DNA from: Selaginella moellendorffii
Taxonomy: Eukaryota; Plantae; Lycopodiophyta
Direction: 5' to 3'
Assembly (NCBI RefSeq): GCF_000143415.4
Contig: NW_003314368.1
Span: 330,792-394,791, forward strand
DNA: 64,000 nt
Within the stretch, counting starts at the first letter, position 1. Every line of letters starts with the position of its first letter. The position numbers were made by a program, and so were the translations under genes. Of this stretch, positions 1 through 11,781 are shown in pieces. A model generated the notes under the pieces. The model was not told the origin of the DNA. It made no database searches and saw nothing but the letters and a program-made list of their open reading frames with translations.

Positions 1-1196
1 ATGAGTGAAGAACACATCGTAGCATGTAAGTTATTAAAATCCTTCTAAACCACCTCTTGGATCTAGAGTCTATTATGAGATTTGGAAGGACTAGGATACA
101 AGATCTGGAGTCTTAGATGCAGAGTCTTAAGATATAAATAACCCAAAGTCATAGCTCCAGCCGTACACGAGATGGATAATAGTTAATATTTTATAATTGA
201 GAAAGTTTAGTTTTATGGGGACAAGTTATGATAAACTTTGCTTTTGCTAGCCTCAACCTTGTTCAAGTTTTATTTGCATAACTTAGATCATTTCAAAGGT
301 CTAATGCATCAACAATTAAATCATTTCAAATACATCAAGACAAGATATTTGGTCAATAGAGAATATAATGACATCACCAACTTTTTAGAATCTAGTGCTA
401 CAAGTTCTACAATAATATGTTTTTTTGGGGATTTATATTATTTAATGGTTTCCAATTGTTTAAGTTAAAGTAGTTTTTAATGTTATTTAAAAATAATTAT
501 TATTTGCTTTATACATCATATTTAAATAAAATAATTTTATTTTAAAACCACATGATCCAAGTAATTTGATTTAATATTTTGAGTACATGCTAAGTCATAT
601 TTTAATTAGCCATAACTCAATATAAAATTTTAAAAAAAATATTAAATATTTTTGTCTTACACAAAGCAAAGAAAAGGATATTTATTCCATTTTAATATTT
701 TAAAAGCTTTTAAAAGAGAATTTATTCTGTCAAAGTTTTTATAATAAATAACCATAAAACCTCATTATTTAGCTTTAATAAATTTCAACATGTTTATCAT
801 CTTTAAAATATATATCTAAAGTAAAAGTTCACAGATTTGAATAATTACTTTTGCAATAAATAATTATAATTTAAATATTTATAGTGCTCATAATTTTGTT
901 AAAAATATATTTTGGAAGCTAGCCCAATGATAAAAGTCTATAAAACATCTTTTAAACATATTGACCATTTATATTTTCCATTTACTTTAGAAAACATGTA
1001 ATCAATTTTTAGAGATTTTGGTGTAAATAAATAAATGTTAAGAGGCATTTTTCCTTCTGATTCTTCCCTAATTTCATCTTTTAGAAGTTAAATATTAGTA
1101 TTAAAATAAATAATATTATAAAATTTTTAATATTTTTAAATATTTTTTAAAATTAAAGATTTAATATTATTTAAAATAAATACTTTTATATCATTT

Positions 1197-1366
1197 TGTG
1201 AGTGCTTGGAATATGGAAAGGGATACAGAAAATGTGTATATCAATTAGCCCAAAAACCCTAGCTTATATACAGGAGTGAGTGGTCCAGATTGAAATTAAT
1301 TTGACGGCTACCAAAATCCCACTACGTTAATATTACAACATTGTAGTTGCACACTTGGCCCTCACA
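1197..1366 (-). repeat. 3' LTR of gypsy copy 1 (170 bp)
   Basis: Aligns with 5282-5445; TG/CA ends; adjacent PPT. Confidence 0.92.
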
Positions 1367-4300
1367 TCATCCCCTCCTCTTAGAATAATGGAAGACCATC
1401 AAGGTTCTCTTGTAGACGGCCGGGATCTAGAGGAATGTTAGGAGGAAGTATCGGCAGATCTGTAGGTGGTATTAACTACTCCTAATCCCTTTGTATAAAG
1501 TGTTTCAACCGCTGCACATGCATAATTTCTGGAGGATTAACTTGTTGGATGTCATGCCAAACCTCATAAACTTGTGGTCCAACTTGCCGCAACACCCAAT
1601 ATGGTCCTTTTCATTGCATAGAGAGCCCTTTAAATAAAGCACATACCGTAAGATGGGGAAAATGGACTAATACCAAATCATCCACTTTGTACTCCGCAAA
1701 TGGATGATGATGGGAGTTGTAATGCCGTTGTTGTCCCACTTGTACGCGGCCTAAGTGTTTGGCAAACTCTGCTTGGACAAGTGAAAGAATGCTCATCAAA
1801 TACTAATCCCACGATCTAGCATTAGCAACTTGTGACAATCATGAAGGTAAATCCAGTTCCATTAGTAATATTGGATCATAACCATATGTGAGTTTATATG
1901 GTGAAGCACCAATAGAACTCTACACCCCTATAACATATGCATATTGAAGAGATGGCAAATAACCATCCCAATTCGAATGCTGAAAGTTTACATACTTCAC
2001 AATCATCCCTTTGAATGTCTGAACGAGTCGTTTCACCAAACCATTTGATTGTGAATGATAAGCACTCGTGAAAGTGTGGCGTATCCCCAACCGAGACGTC
2101 AAAACATGAAGTGCCTCAGCCATAAATGTAGGACCATTATCCGAAAGAATTCGCTTTATACAAGAATGCTAGAACACCACTCAATTGAGGAGGAAGTATC
2201 CAACAGTAGTTGCAGAGGTGCTAACAAGAGCATTAACTTCCACTCAACAAGTCAAATAATTAGAAGCAATAATAACATACTCATTACTAGCAGTCGACTA
2301 TGAAAAAGGTCCCATAATCCACACACAAATCCATCCGCATAATCCACAATCTTCCGCTTCAATAATGAAGTAACAGCAGCATGATCTCCTTCAAGTAATA
2401 TTCGATAACCATGTAAATATGTATGAAGTTTCTCGAAACCCCAAACTGCTGCTAAACACTTCTTCTTTGTCGTGGAGTAGTTCATCTCTGCCGCTTGTAA
2501 TGTACAGCTTATATACACAATGGGATGGCACTGACCAGGCACACTCAAGCTCTTTTATATCAACACACCTCCAAAACCAATGTCAGAAGCATCCACGCAC
2601 AAAATAAAAAGTCAAGTGTAGTCAGGATATGCCAAAACCGGAGGAGTTGTCAATAGCTCTTTGAGATCCATAAACACCCGCTCACAATCCGGAGAACAAA
2701 TAAAAGAGGACGTTGATGACTTTAGCAACGTTCACACAACGGTGTAGTGCGATCAAAAAGATGATCCACAAAATGATCGAGATACTGCATCTTGCCCAAG
2801 AAGCACTACACATCATTCACACACTTTGGAGTAGGGAATTTTAGAACAGCCACAAGTTTGTTAAAATTAACTTGCAAACCCTCACGAGAAATACAGTACT
2901 CAAGATAAGTTGTGTTCTTGGACCCACACATGCACTTCGACTGCTTCAGCTTTAAACCAACATTGCGTAACCGATCCAACACTTTACAAATATCACGAAC
3001 GTGCTCCTCCCATATCCCCTCCGAGTGGATTAAGACATCATCAATGAAGTTAGCAGTTACCTCCAGCATATCGCAAAGAACCTCATCCATCATTCGCTGG
3101 AAAGTTGCTGGAGCATTGTTTAAACCAAATGGCATCACCAAAAACTCATACAAACCAAATGGTGTATGAAAAGCAGTCTTAGGAATATCTTCTTCGGCCA
3201 TCAATATTTGCCAGTACCCAGAAACAAAATCTAGTTTGGTAAATCAACAACTTCACCCTAAACGATCCAAGAGATCAGTAGTGTGAGGAAGAGGGTACAC
3301 ATCTGGGATCATCGCTTCGTTTAACGGATGATAGTCGATACAGAAACAAATACTCCTATCAAGCTTCATCACAAGATAAAGTTCATATGCCCAAAGACTC
3401 TGTGATTTCCGAATAACACCCTTCTCCAACATCTCCTTGACGTTTGCAAGTAAAATCTTGATCTCCTTGGGTGATCGACGACGAATAAGAACCTTGATTG
3501 GACGAGCATCCCCGGTTGAAATCGGATGACATGTGGCAATCTTGGCCCCAGACGATAAGTCAAATTCAAAGAGATCAGAATACTCCTTCATGAGCTAGTC
3601 AACCACTGCAACACAAAAATTGTCAGAGGGATTGGAAAAGGGAAGAACAAAACAATATGGAAACATAAGAGGAAATAGTGGGGGAACAAAAGTAATGGAA
3701 GTAGAGGTAAAAGTAAAGGGATGAAGAAGTACGGAAGTGAGAGGAATGGATGAAATATAAAGAAGTATGAGACAAGGGGGAGAAGCCTCAAAGTCACACT
3801 TGGCATAATTGCGCTGCAATCAATCCATACCAAAAATGAAGTCAAAAGTTTGACTCGGCACCACCCGCAATGACCATAACGCAAGCTCAAGATTGCCCAC
3901 ACACACAACCAGGTCCACCTCATCCCGTGCATATGCATGTGTACAGCTGTTGCCATAAAGAATGAAAATTGGTTGCGTCGCATGATGCAAGTGTAGATGG
4001 CAACGTATGGCAACAAGTCAAGCAATAGAAGATACCTGTATCAACCAACATGGAGAGAATAATAAGAGACCTATTATTATAAAAACGAGCTTGGAAAGTA
4101 AACATTGGATGAACCGGTGCTGAGTGAACCCCTTAATGATACTCTCGAAAGAAAGATAGAGGGGTCACTGACTTATTCGTGCAAGGTCCCTCCGTTACTT
4201 GCTCGACTCCTCGTTTTCTGGATGCATCTCGATGTCCAAACCTTCCACTGCAGCAACACCAACGGGACGTTGCTGACACCAAAGTGTCCACCCAGAAAAT

Positions 4301-5281
4301 GGAGGTCACTAATCTGGAAAATGCTAACAACGCTGATAAGTATGACCAACTTCATCACACACCTAATAGCAAACATCACAGCCACAACCACATCCTCGCC
4401 CTTGTCCTTGGACTCGAGCAGTAGCAACATCAACCTCCGTTGGAACAGGACCATCACCCATAGGAAGTGGAGCTGAAGGATGTGCAGCAAGAAGTGGAAG
4501 AGGCAACGTTTCATAACATTGTGTCAAGTGAAGGGCATCGTCAAGGGTGGTAGGAGCAAGTGCATGCACAAGTCCGATAAAATCTTGACGAAGTGCTGGC
4601 CACAACATTCCTAGCTTGATCCTCTCCCATATATTTAACTCTGCACAAAGTAAAACATTTCGGAAACGAATACCAAATTGCATCACCGACTCAGATGGCG
4701 CTTGGCAAAGATGATGCAATTGTTGGAAGGCATTATCACAGTTGTCGGCATGTCCAAAAGTGCATTTGAAGATATCTGGAAGAACACTCTAATCCCCACG
4801 AGTGGCTGCGCTCAAACCATTGTACCACTGCAACGCCATCCCTTGGAGACACATGGGAAACTCATACAAACGTCGAGCATCATCCCAAGAATGATATATG
4901 GCAATCACCGTGAAGTAATCGAACCAATGGTACACATCATCCCCAGGATTCCCGCCAAAGAACTCCGGCCAAACGCAAGGATTGGCACCAAAAGCAGGAG
5001 GAGTTGTACTATGTGCCATGAATGCTGCAATTAATTGAGTTTGGTTGTTCAATTGCAAACACATAACATCAAGCAATTGTACCAACTGCTACTCCAGAGT
5101 CAAAGAGGAGATTGTTGATTTGCCATGAAGATGAACAAAAAAGAAAGAGCAAAAGAAGAGAAATGACAAAAAGGTAGAAGAAAATGGTTGATCTAGACAA
5201 TGCAAAAAGTTAGATCTAAACCAAAATCCCAAATCCAAGCACTCTTCAGAGATAATCAAAAGTGCAACTCACCTCCATTAA

Positions 5282-5445
5282 TGTAAGTGCTTGGAATATG
5301 GAAAGGGAATACAAAAAATATATATATCAATTAGCCCAAAAACCCTAGTTTATATATAAGAGCAGATAATCCGGATTGAAACTAATTTAATAGCTCTACA
5401 CTAATATTAGTATATGGCATCGTAGCCGTACACTTGGCCCTCACA
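5282..5445 (-). repeat. 5' LTR of gypsy copy 1 (164 bp)
   Basis: Aligns with 1197-1366. Followed on minus by TTAATGGAGGTG, a possible G>A-decayed tRNA-Ala PBS (TGGTGGAG...). Confidence 0.92.
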
Positions 5446-6410
5446 ATTTGAAATTATTGTATTGAGATTAAAAATTTAAAATATAAATACTTATTTCTTC
5501 ATGATGAAGAGAAGTGAAACACTATAGTTCATATAATATAATATTAAATATTACTTAAAATAATAGAATTGAGAATTTTTATGAATATTTAGTGAATAGA
5601 ATAATAAATCATTTTAATGATCCCATCTTTAATTTTATGTCATTTTACAATCGAGGTACAAACCACAAAATTTAAGCTAAAACATATCCTTCATCTTTAA
5701 TATGTCAATGGGAACATTAATTTTTAAATCAATATATTTCATTTTTAAGCACAAACTAGATTTTCTTTCAAAATATAATATTAAAAATTATTTTTAGAAT
5801 TTATATTATTAATAGGTTATTGAATTTGCATTCAGCTCTCTTATCTGGGATACAAATAGAGACTAAATAAAAAGAAAAACAAAATATCTCATTTAAAATA
5901 TAAATTTTTATAAAATTTCTAATTTATAATGTAATTAAAATATTTAAAATATTCTGATACTATAAATATATATTTAATTTAAATAACACTCAAACTTAAA
6001 ACCCAGATGACAAATTTCACAACAAGAAGTAAGATATTCAAACTTTAGGTTTTATGGCCAGAAGCTATTGAGCTGCCACAAGTAACCAGAAAATTTGCCT
6101 GCATACACACAATCAAGTTAGAGAGAAGAAATAAAAGTGGTGTGTATTCACAGGATCCTCAAACCACGTCAGGAACTTTAAAAATCATCTAAGAACTTAC
6201 GTTTGTGAAGTTGGAGCATGTCACTGAGCCAAACGTTTGAGATCTGGATGTCTTGACGTGCTGGGAGCATATTGGGAGAGGCTTGGCAACTTGAAAGATT
6301 CCTTAAATTGAAAAGTCCTTTTCTTTAAGTTTAAGTCTTACACAAGTTGATTGGCGGCAACACCCCGCAATGGATTCCACTGGACCTTTGGGGCAGTGGT
6401 TCTAGGCACA

Positions 6411-7226
6411 TCACTGAAGCTCAGGACCTGAAGCGTGCACTGCCACCTTGTTGCCACCCTTAACTTTGTCGACGGGCTCACACTCAATCTCCATTGTCAT
6501 ACTTGTCTCTAATTGCTTAGTCGCCTTGGATTTGACCTCCCTCCTCATGGGCATCTCGCGAGTGGCTTCTACTTTTGCCGGATTAGGAAAACTATCTGCT
6601 GGATTGAATTTGATCTCGCGAGTGGCCTCTACTTTTGCCGGATTATCTGCTGGGTTGAATTTGATCTCGCGAGTGGCTTCTACTTTTGCCGGATTAGGAA
6701 AACTATCTGCTGGATTGAATTTGATCTCGCGAGTGGCTTCTACTTTTGCCGGATTAAGAAAACTATATGCTGGATTGAATTTGATCTCGCGAGTGGCTTC
6801 TACTTTTGCCGGATTAGGAAAACTATCTGCTGGATTGAATTTGATCTCGCGAGTGGCTTCTACTTTTGCCGGATTAGGAAAACTATATGCTGGATTGAAT
6901 TTGATCTCGCGAGTGGCTTCTACTTTTGCCGGATTAAGAAAACTATATGCTGGATTGAATTTGATCTCGCGAGTGGCTTCTACTTTTGCCGGATTAAGAA
7001 AACTGAGCCTGACGAGGGTCGGACCACCCCTAAAGCAAGCCTTAAGGTACTCTTGCTCCCCCTTGGTTTCCTTGTCTTGGAGCTGCTGGTCCATCTTAGT
7101 CCTCTTGATCATAGCCTTCCCACCCTTGGCCTCTTCGTCCTCGTAACGTCCTCTCTTCTTCCCATCGTCCCTCACAAGTCGATTGTTACGGATGATGAGC
7201 CTCTCCATCCGCTTCCTTTTGCGCAA
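6411..7226 (-). CDS. Hypothetical basic protein with about 7.7 tandem 20-aa repeats (NPAKVEATREIKFNPAYSFL); may continue in further exons towards ~6060
   Basis: 271-aa ORF with ATG and NLS-like start MRKRKR; the repeat array keeps frame; splice-like GTAAG/CAG signals downstream at ~6340, ~6200 and ~6100. Confidence 0.5.
   Translation of the reverse strand: MRKRKRMERLIIRNNRLVRDDGKKRGRYEDEEAKGGKAMIKRTKMDQQLQDKETKGEQEYLKACFRGGPTLVRLSFLNPAKVEATREIKFNPAYSFLNPAKVEATREIKFNPAYSFPNPAKVEATREIKFNPADSFPNPAKVEATREIKFNPAYSFLNPAKVEATREIKFNPADSFPNPAKVEATREIKFNPADNPAKVEATREIKFNPADSFPNPAKVEATREMPMRREVKSKATKQLETSMTMEIECEPVDKVKGGNKVAVHASGPELQ
6553..7004. repeat. 60-bp minisatellite, about 7.7 copies (one 51-bp unit)
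   Basis: Unit ATCTCGCGAGTGGCTTCTACTTTTGCCGGATTARGAAAACTATMTGCTGGATTGAATTTG starts at 6553, 6613, 6664, 6724, 6784, 6844, 6904 and 6964. Confidence 0.98.
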
Positions 7227-7339
7227 ACCCTGATTTGTGTTAATGCTAAAAGGGTTTTATAGGCCAAACGAAAAGGCCACAACCAAATTGTACGAAATAA
7301 CATAAACCGTGTATATTGATAAATAGTACGGATGATCGA

Positions 7340-8675
7340 TCAAAGGCCGAGGAGAGTTTTCACGTTGATCGGATAGCTTTCGTTGATGTTTCCAGACCAT
7401 AGCTTGTCCGCGATGAGCTTGTAAGTGGAGCCTGTGGGATGATACTCGTCCCAGAAAACGTACTGTGCGGCATCCTCACACACTGGAACGTTTGGCAAGC
7501 AAGGGACGGAGCCGTTGAAGTTGCCAAGGCCGCAACAGGCAGTGTCATTGTAGAGAAATCCTTGAAAAGTTGAGAGTGAGCGATCGAAAAGCAAAAAAGC
7601 TGGAGTAGTTTTTCGCGTACCGTATTGCGAGTACTTCCCAGAGATGTCCATGAGAACATTGTAGAGGCTGTTGTAGATGACATCTGCCTCGCTGAGCGAA
7701 GATCTCAGGCGGACGAGCAGATCGAAGAGCTTGGTGTTGTACTGCTGAGACATGTCGTTGAGGAAACTGGAACCATCCAGTCTGATCGTTGAGAACTTCG
7801 CGAGCTGCGATGGTACAGAGCCGAGTGGAGACAGAGAAGCGACGACGATTCGTCGGGCTCCAATGCTGTAGAGCTCGTTGAGCTGCTCGTCGAGGCCAGA
7901 GATGAGGAGATCGATGAAGCTTTTGCGGTTGTAGTCGCGCAAGTAACTGGATCCCGGAACCAAGTAATTGTTGATGAAGTCGTTGCTTCCAACCGAAACG
8001 TAGAAGATCGACTTGGAAAAGATTTCGTTCGTTTGCTCTTGGCCAAACTTCTCGGACAGCTCGCTCTTGACGTCTTTGAGATAAGCTAGCTGCGTCTGCA
8101 TTGGAATTCTTTGACCCTGGAAATGATAAACAAAGTCTAAGTTAAGTTCTAAGCAAACAAAAACTAGAAAGTAGGAGCTAAACAAAGAACCAAGAAAAAA
8201 AATTCTCGACAAAAAACTAAGAAAAGAACTCACAAAGATCGAGCCAGTAGCGTTGAGGATCCCGGATCCAGCAGAGGCAAAGTTTACACCTTGATCATAA
8301 CTTGGCCGGGACAGATATGGCGGTACCAGCGGAAGATTTAAGAAATCGGCTGGTAGAGGAAGAACACTAGATGTAAGAAGGAAACGAAAGAAGAGTGGAG
8401 ATTTTGGTACCTAGATAGTCGATGCTCAAGCGTCCATTTGTGAATCTTCCAGTCGGCTCATGAGTGTCGAAATCCCTGCCATAGGGAAGAAATTTCGACT
8501 GCGCGACCGTCCAGAGCCAGTTATTGTTGCCACAATCCACAGTAGAATCGCCGAGAATGAACAGCGCAGGGACGACAGGCTTGCCAGAAGAATCGGCAGC
8601 GGCGATGCGCGCCGCGATCACGAGAAATAGCGCAAGACGATGGATCAAACCTTTGCAGTTGCGCAACATTTCCAT
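7340..8675 (-). CDS. GDSL esterase/lipase, 4 exons (8675-8411, 8349-8234, 8116-7621, 7560-7340)
   Basis: Signal peptide; LFILGDSTVDCGNNN, PYGRDF, PTGRFTNGR, GVNFASAGSGI, GSNDFINNY, FWDEYHPT; GT-AG introns. Confidence 0.95.
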
Positions 8676-8848
8676 CGGCGATGAGAGGGAAACGATGGAG
8701 CCGACCTCTGCCCATGGATTCCATATATCCGGAGACGATCAAGGAAAGTGCTATTCTGGAAGGAGGGGAATTCGAAATTGCCCTAAATCCCGCCCGGATT
8801 TTAGGGCTCTTGCTGGAAGAGATTTTAGGGTTTGCTGGAGGAGGAAGA

Positions 8849-9453
8849 ATGCCTGCGCCCAAGTACCACTGCGATTACTGCGACAAGACGTTTGTGGATG
8901 GTCCCGCCGCTCGACGCAAGCATCTCCAGTCGCCGTATCATCAGATTACGAAGAAAGCGTGGTTTGATTCTTTCCGAGGCAAGTTTAGTGATCGTTTGTC
9001 TCGTTTCGGTTGGAGCAATGTAAAGATTGCGTTGCTAGATCCTGCGGAGCTCCTGGCCGAGAATCCTAACCGGGGAATTTGCGCCAAGTTCACGCGAACG
9101 GTATGAGTTTGCTCTTCTAGAATTGAAATCAGGAAAAAAATTCTCAGGGAAATTGTGAGTATGGATTCAGGTGCAAGTATATACATCCAGCGCGATCATC
9201 TCAAACTTTTCCAGGCAAGAGTTTGTTTCTTTATTCTTGCTCTTCTTTACACCTCATCGTTTGGTCTTTTCAGCTGGTGGTCCTAGGAACGCGGCATTTT
9301 CTGGTGAGTCAGTTCTTGATATTCTGCTGTGTCGGTCGATTGTAACTTCATTGCATCGCTGCTACAGGACGCTTTGCAATTCCTCCTTCCTTACAACCCC
9401 CACCAGAAGAAGGATACGCTGCTACTACAGGGCCAGTGCCTGACTGGGGATGA
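8849..9453 (+). CDS. ZMAT5: U1C/matrin-type plus CCCH zinc finger protein, ZMAT5 (U11/U12-20K)-like, 5 exons
   Basis: KYHCDYCDKTF...RRKHLQSPYH...WFDSFRD; CAKFTRTGNCEYGFRCKYIH; C-terminal IPPSLQPPPEEG...DWG*. Exons 8849-8978, 9039-9100, 9148-9214, 9274-9303, 9368-9453. Confidence 0.85.
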
Positions 9454-10502
9454 ATCACTTCCTCCGTGGCCTTTCCACAGCTTCCAGTTGACGACAGTTT
9501 TCCTCTGAGGTCTGTGACACGGGCGAGATTTTTTTTTTTTCTCGTTCGGTGGCATGTCGTCCTCCCGTAACCGTTACTTTTACGTTGGTGGTGACAAGCA
9601 GTGAAATGAAACTCGAGCGATGACGGTCTCCGCTGCTTACACGCACAACACACCAACAAAAAAAAAAAGAGGCTCTCTTATCTCTCTTCGCGGCGGCAGC
9701 AGCAGTCTTTAGGCAGAGAATGTCTCTGACTTAATGATTGTTTACTGATCTTAGTCCCTTTCAGGTCTGCGGTTGCGGACAACTTGGTACGACTGTGTTG
9801 TACAGCGAAGATGTGGAGTTACAGAAGCCATGGCCTTATACGATCAAGGGCAAGCCACAGTGACAGACCAGGGAGAAGGGAAAAGAACTGGCCTTTTTTT
9901 AAAGCGCTGGAGACATCACGCGAGGACAGTGTACAAAGCTCGAGCTCTATCAGTTTTGCGGATAACTCTCCAGCTCAGTTAGCGTCTTTGTCGAGGTGGA
10001 CGCTGACGTGGGTGGAAGATCGGACTCCACGTCTGGGCAGTGTCGTGGCCTCATTGCCATCCTTTCGTCCGGGAGGCTGGAAGTCAGTGTAGTGGGAAAG
10101 CCAGGCCTTATTTGGAGCTCGTGAAAGTGAGGTTGGTCGCTTACAAGGAAGAACAGGGACCCAGGCAACTCAAGGAAATCTCATTGGAGCTTACTGGATC
10201 GTCATGGGATGAAACAGGCGTATTTACTTCCGGTGATCCCTGCGACTTTACATGGTGCTTTGGAGGTTAAGGGAGAGCGGGAGTGCTCGCAGTCGGGATC
10301 CGATCAAGCTCTCCAAATCATCCGGGGATTCCAGCCTCTGGCACCGTGTCACGAGATGCAGCGGTAGATGGTAGTAGCACCTGGAAGGCCGATGCAACTG
10401 GTGGTGATCGTCCAGTTGCTAATGTCCAATGGACAAGACGCGGCTGCAAAGCGTCGATGCTGCGTTGTGAGGCCTCCTCCCCGGTGTCCCCGGAGGCTGG
10501 AG

Positions 10503-11678
10503 ATGGAACAAGGGAGCTCCTCGCGGTGGGCTTTCCGGGTGCGTGCTACGATCAAGCCTTTTGCGTCTCATGCGACCGAGACCATCGGCTCGGTTGCTTT
10601 CGACAGCTCCAACGAGTTGATGGCAACGGGGGGTATTGCTAGGAAGATCAGAGTCTACGACATCTCGGCGATCCTGGACTCCGAGGAGAAACAGCAGCAG
10701 GATCAGGCTGCTGATGAAGACGATGAAGATGGTCTCGAAGACGAAGACGAAGAGGGCCGCTTCGTGAGCTCTCGCCGGCGTGCTCGCAACACTTTCGACA
10801 CGGACAGGAGCTCTCTGTCTGTCATCTGCGCGCCGTCGAGGCTGAGCAGCTTGCAGTGGCGGCCGGGAAAGACAGGGACGATCACATGCGGCGACTACGA
10901 CGGGGTAGTGACAGAATGGAGTGTGGAAAGACAAATCCCGCTTGTGGAAAGAGACGAGCACGGCGGCCGGCACGTCTGGAGCGTCGACTACGCGACAGGC
11001 ATGTCGGACGTGTGTGTGTCGGCCTCGGACGACGGCACGGCTCGGGTGTGGCAAGGCGGCATGGAAAGGTCAGCTCTCACAATTCGGGCACCCGACTCAA
11101 AGCCGTTTTGCTGTGCAGAGTTTGATCCTCTCTCGAGCACGCTGCTCGCGCTCGCCTGCGCCGACGGCAAAGTTTACGTGCACGACTTGCGAAGGCCCGA
11201 GTGCCCGGTGTGGACGCTGGCTCACCACCGCCGGGCCGCGAGCTATGCACGGTTTCTAGACAGGGAAAGGCTGGTGACCGCGTCCGTGGATAGCACTATT
11301 TGCGTGTGGGACTTGGCGGCTCCTCCGGCTCCGCGGGTGGTGGAGAGCTTTAGTCAGCACCAAAACGTGAGGAACTTTGTGGGGCTCTCGGTGTGGAGGA
11401 AGGGAGAGATGGTGGCGTGTGGATCCGAGACGAACCAGGCATACGTCTATCAGGTCGGGAGCGGTGGCGGCGGCGGTGGTGGCGGTGATCAAAGCTTTGT
11501 TTTGAGGCACCAGTTCTCCTCCAGTTCTTGGAGTTCTTCCACGGATTCCTCCTCCGCGCGGAGGAACTCGAGCTTGGCGAGCGCGGTTTGCTGGATGGAA
11601 GATTGCTCGTGTACTCTCGCGGCTGCGAACTCGGAGGGAGTGCTGCAAATCTTGTCTGGGGAGTTTGGTGGTGTTTAG
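10503..11678 (+). CDS. RUP: WD40 protein, REPRESSOR OF UV-B PHOTOMORPHOGENESIS (RUP1/RUP2)-like, intronless
   Basis: IGSVAFD..MATGGIARKIRVY, PSRLSSLQWRP, GDYDGVVTEW, ERDEHGGRHVWSVDY, HQNVRNFVGLSVW, CGSETNQ. COP1/SPA-type WD40 without RING or kinase. The ORF is open from 10368; Met at 10503 best fits homologue length. Confidence 0.9.
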   Translation: MEQGSSSRWAFRVRATIKPFASHATETIGSVAFDSSNELMATGGIARKIRVYDISAILDSEEKQQQDQAADEDDEDGLEDEDEEGRFVSSRRRARNTFDTDRSSLSVICAPSRLSSLQWRPGKTGTITCGDYDGVVTEWSVERQIPLVERDEHGGRHVWSVDYATGMSDVCVSASDDGTARVWQGGMERSALTIRAPDSKPFCCAEFDPLSSTLLALACADGKVYVHDLRRPECPVWTLAHHRRAASYARFLDRERLVTASVDSTICVWDLAAPPAPRVVESFSQHQNVRNFVGLSVWRKGEMVACGSETNQAYVYQVGSGGGGGGGGDQSFVLRHQFSSSSWSSSTDSSSARRNSSLASAVCWMEDCSCTLAAANSEGVLQILSGEFGGV

Positions 11679-11781
11679 AAGATCCTCTTCATTCAAAGGC
11701 CTTTACCTTTAAAATTTTCAAACATTCACAACTCGTTTCTAACTGCAAGATGATCTTGTCATTGTCTTTGAGCTGAGAAAC

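Larger units (their letters stand above)
1197..5445 (-). mobile_element. Ty3/gypsy LTR retrotransposon, copy 1 (decayed, internally deleted)
   Basis: Direct repeats TG...CA at 1197-1366 and 5282-5445; 4-bp TSD ATTT on both flanks; polypurine tract AGAGGAGGGGATGA (1367-1380, minus). Minus-strand order: gag (CCHC-like CY*VCDEVGHTYQRC), protease (LVDTG), RT (KTAFHTPFGLYEFLVMPFGLNNAPATFQR, FIDD), RNase H (NYSTTKKKCLAAVWG), integrase (TSAYHSQSNGLVKR). Many stops and frameshifts; about 0.7 kb missing at the RNase H/integrase junction relative to copy 2. Confidence 0.95.

Noticed and set aside
6553-7004. CRISPR-like array
   Set aside because: Contiguous tandem units with no unique spacers, no cas genes, eukaryotic context.
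10368-11678. COP1 or SPA assignment
   Set aside because: No RING, coiled-coil or kinase region; RUP-specific ERDEHGGR motif present.
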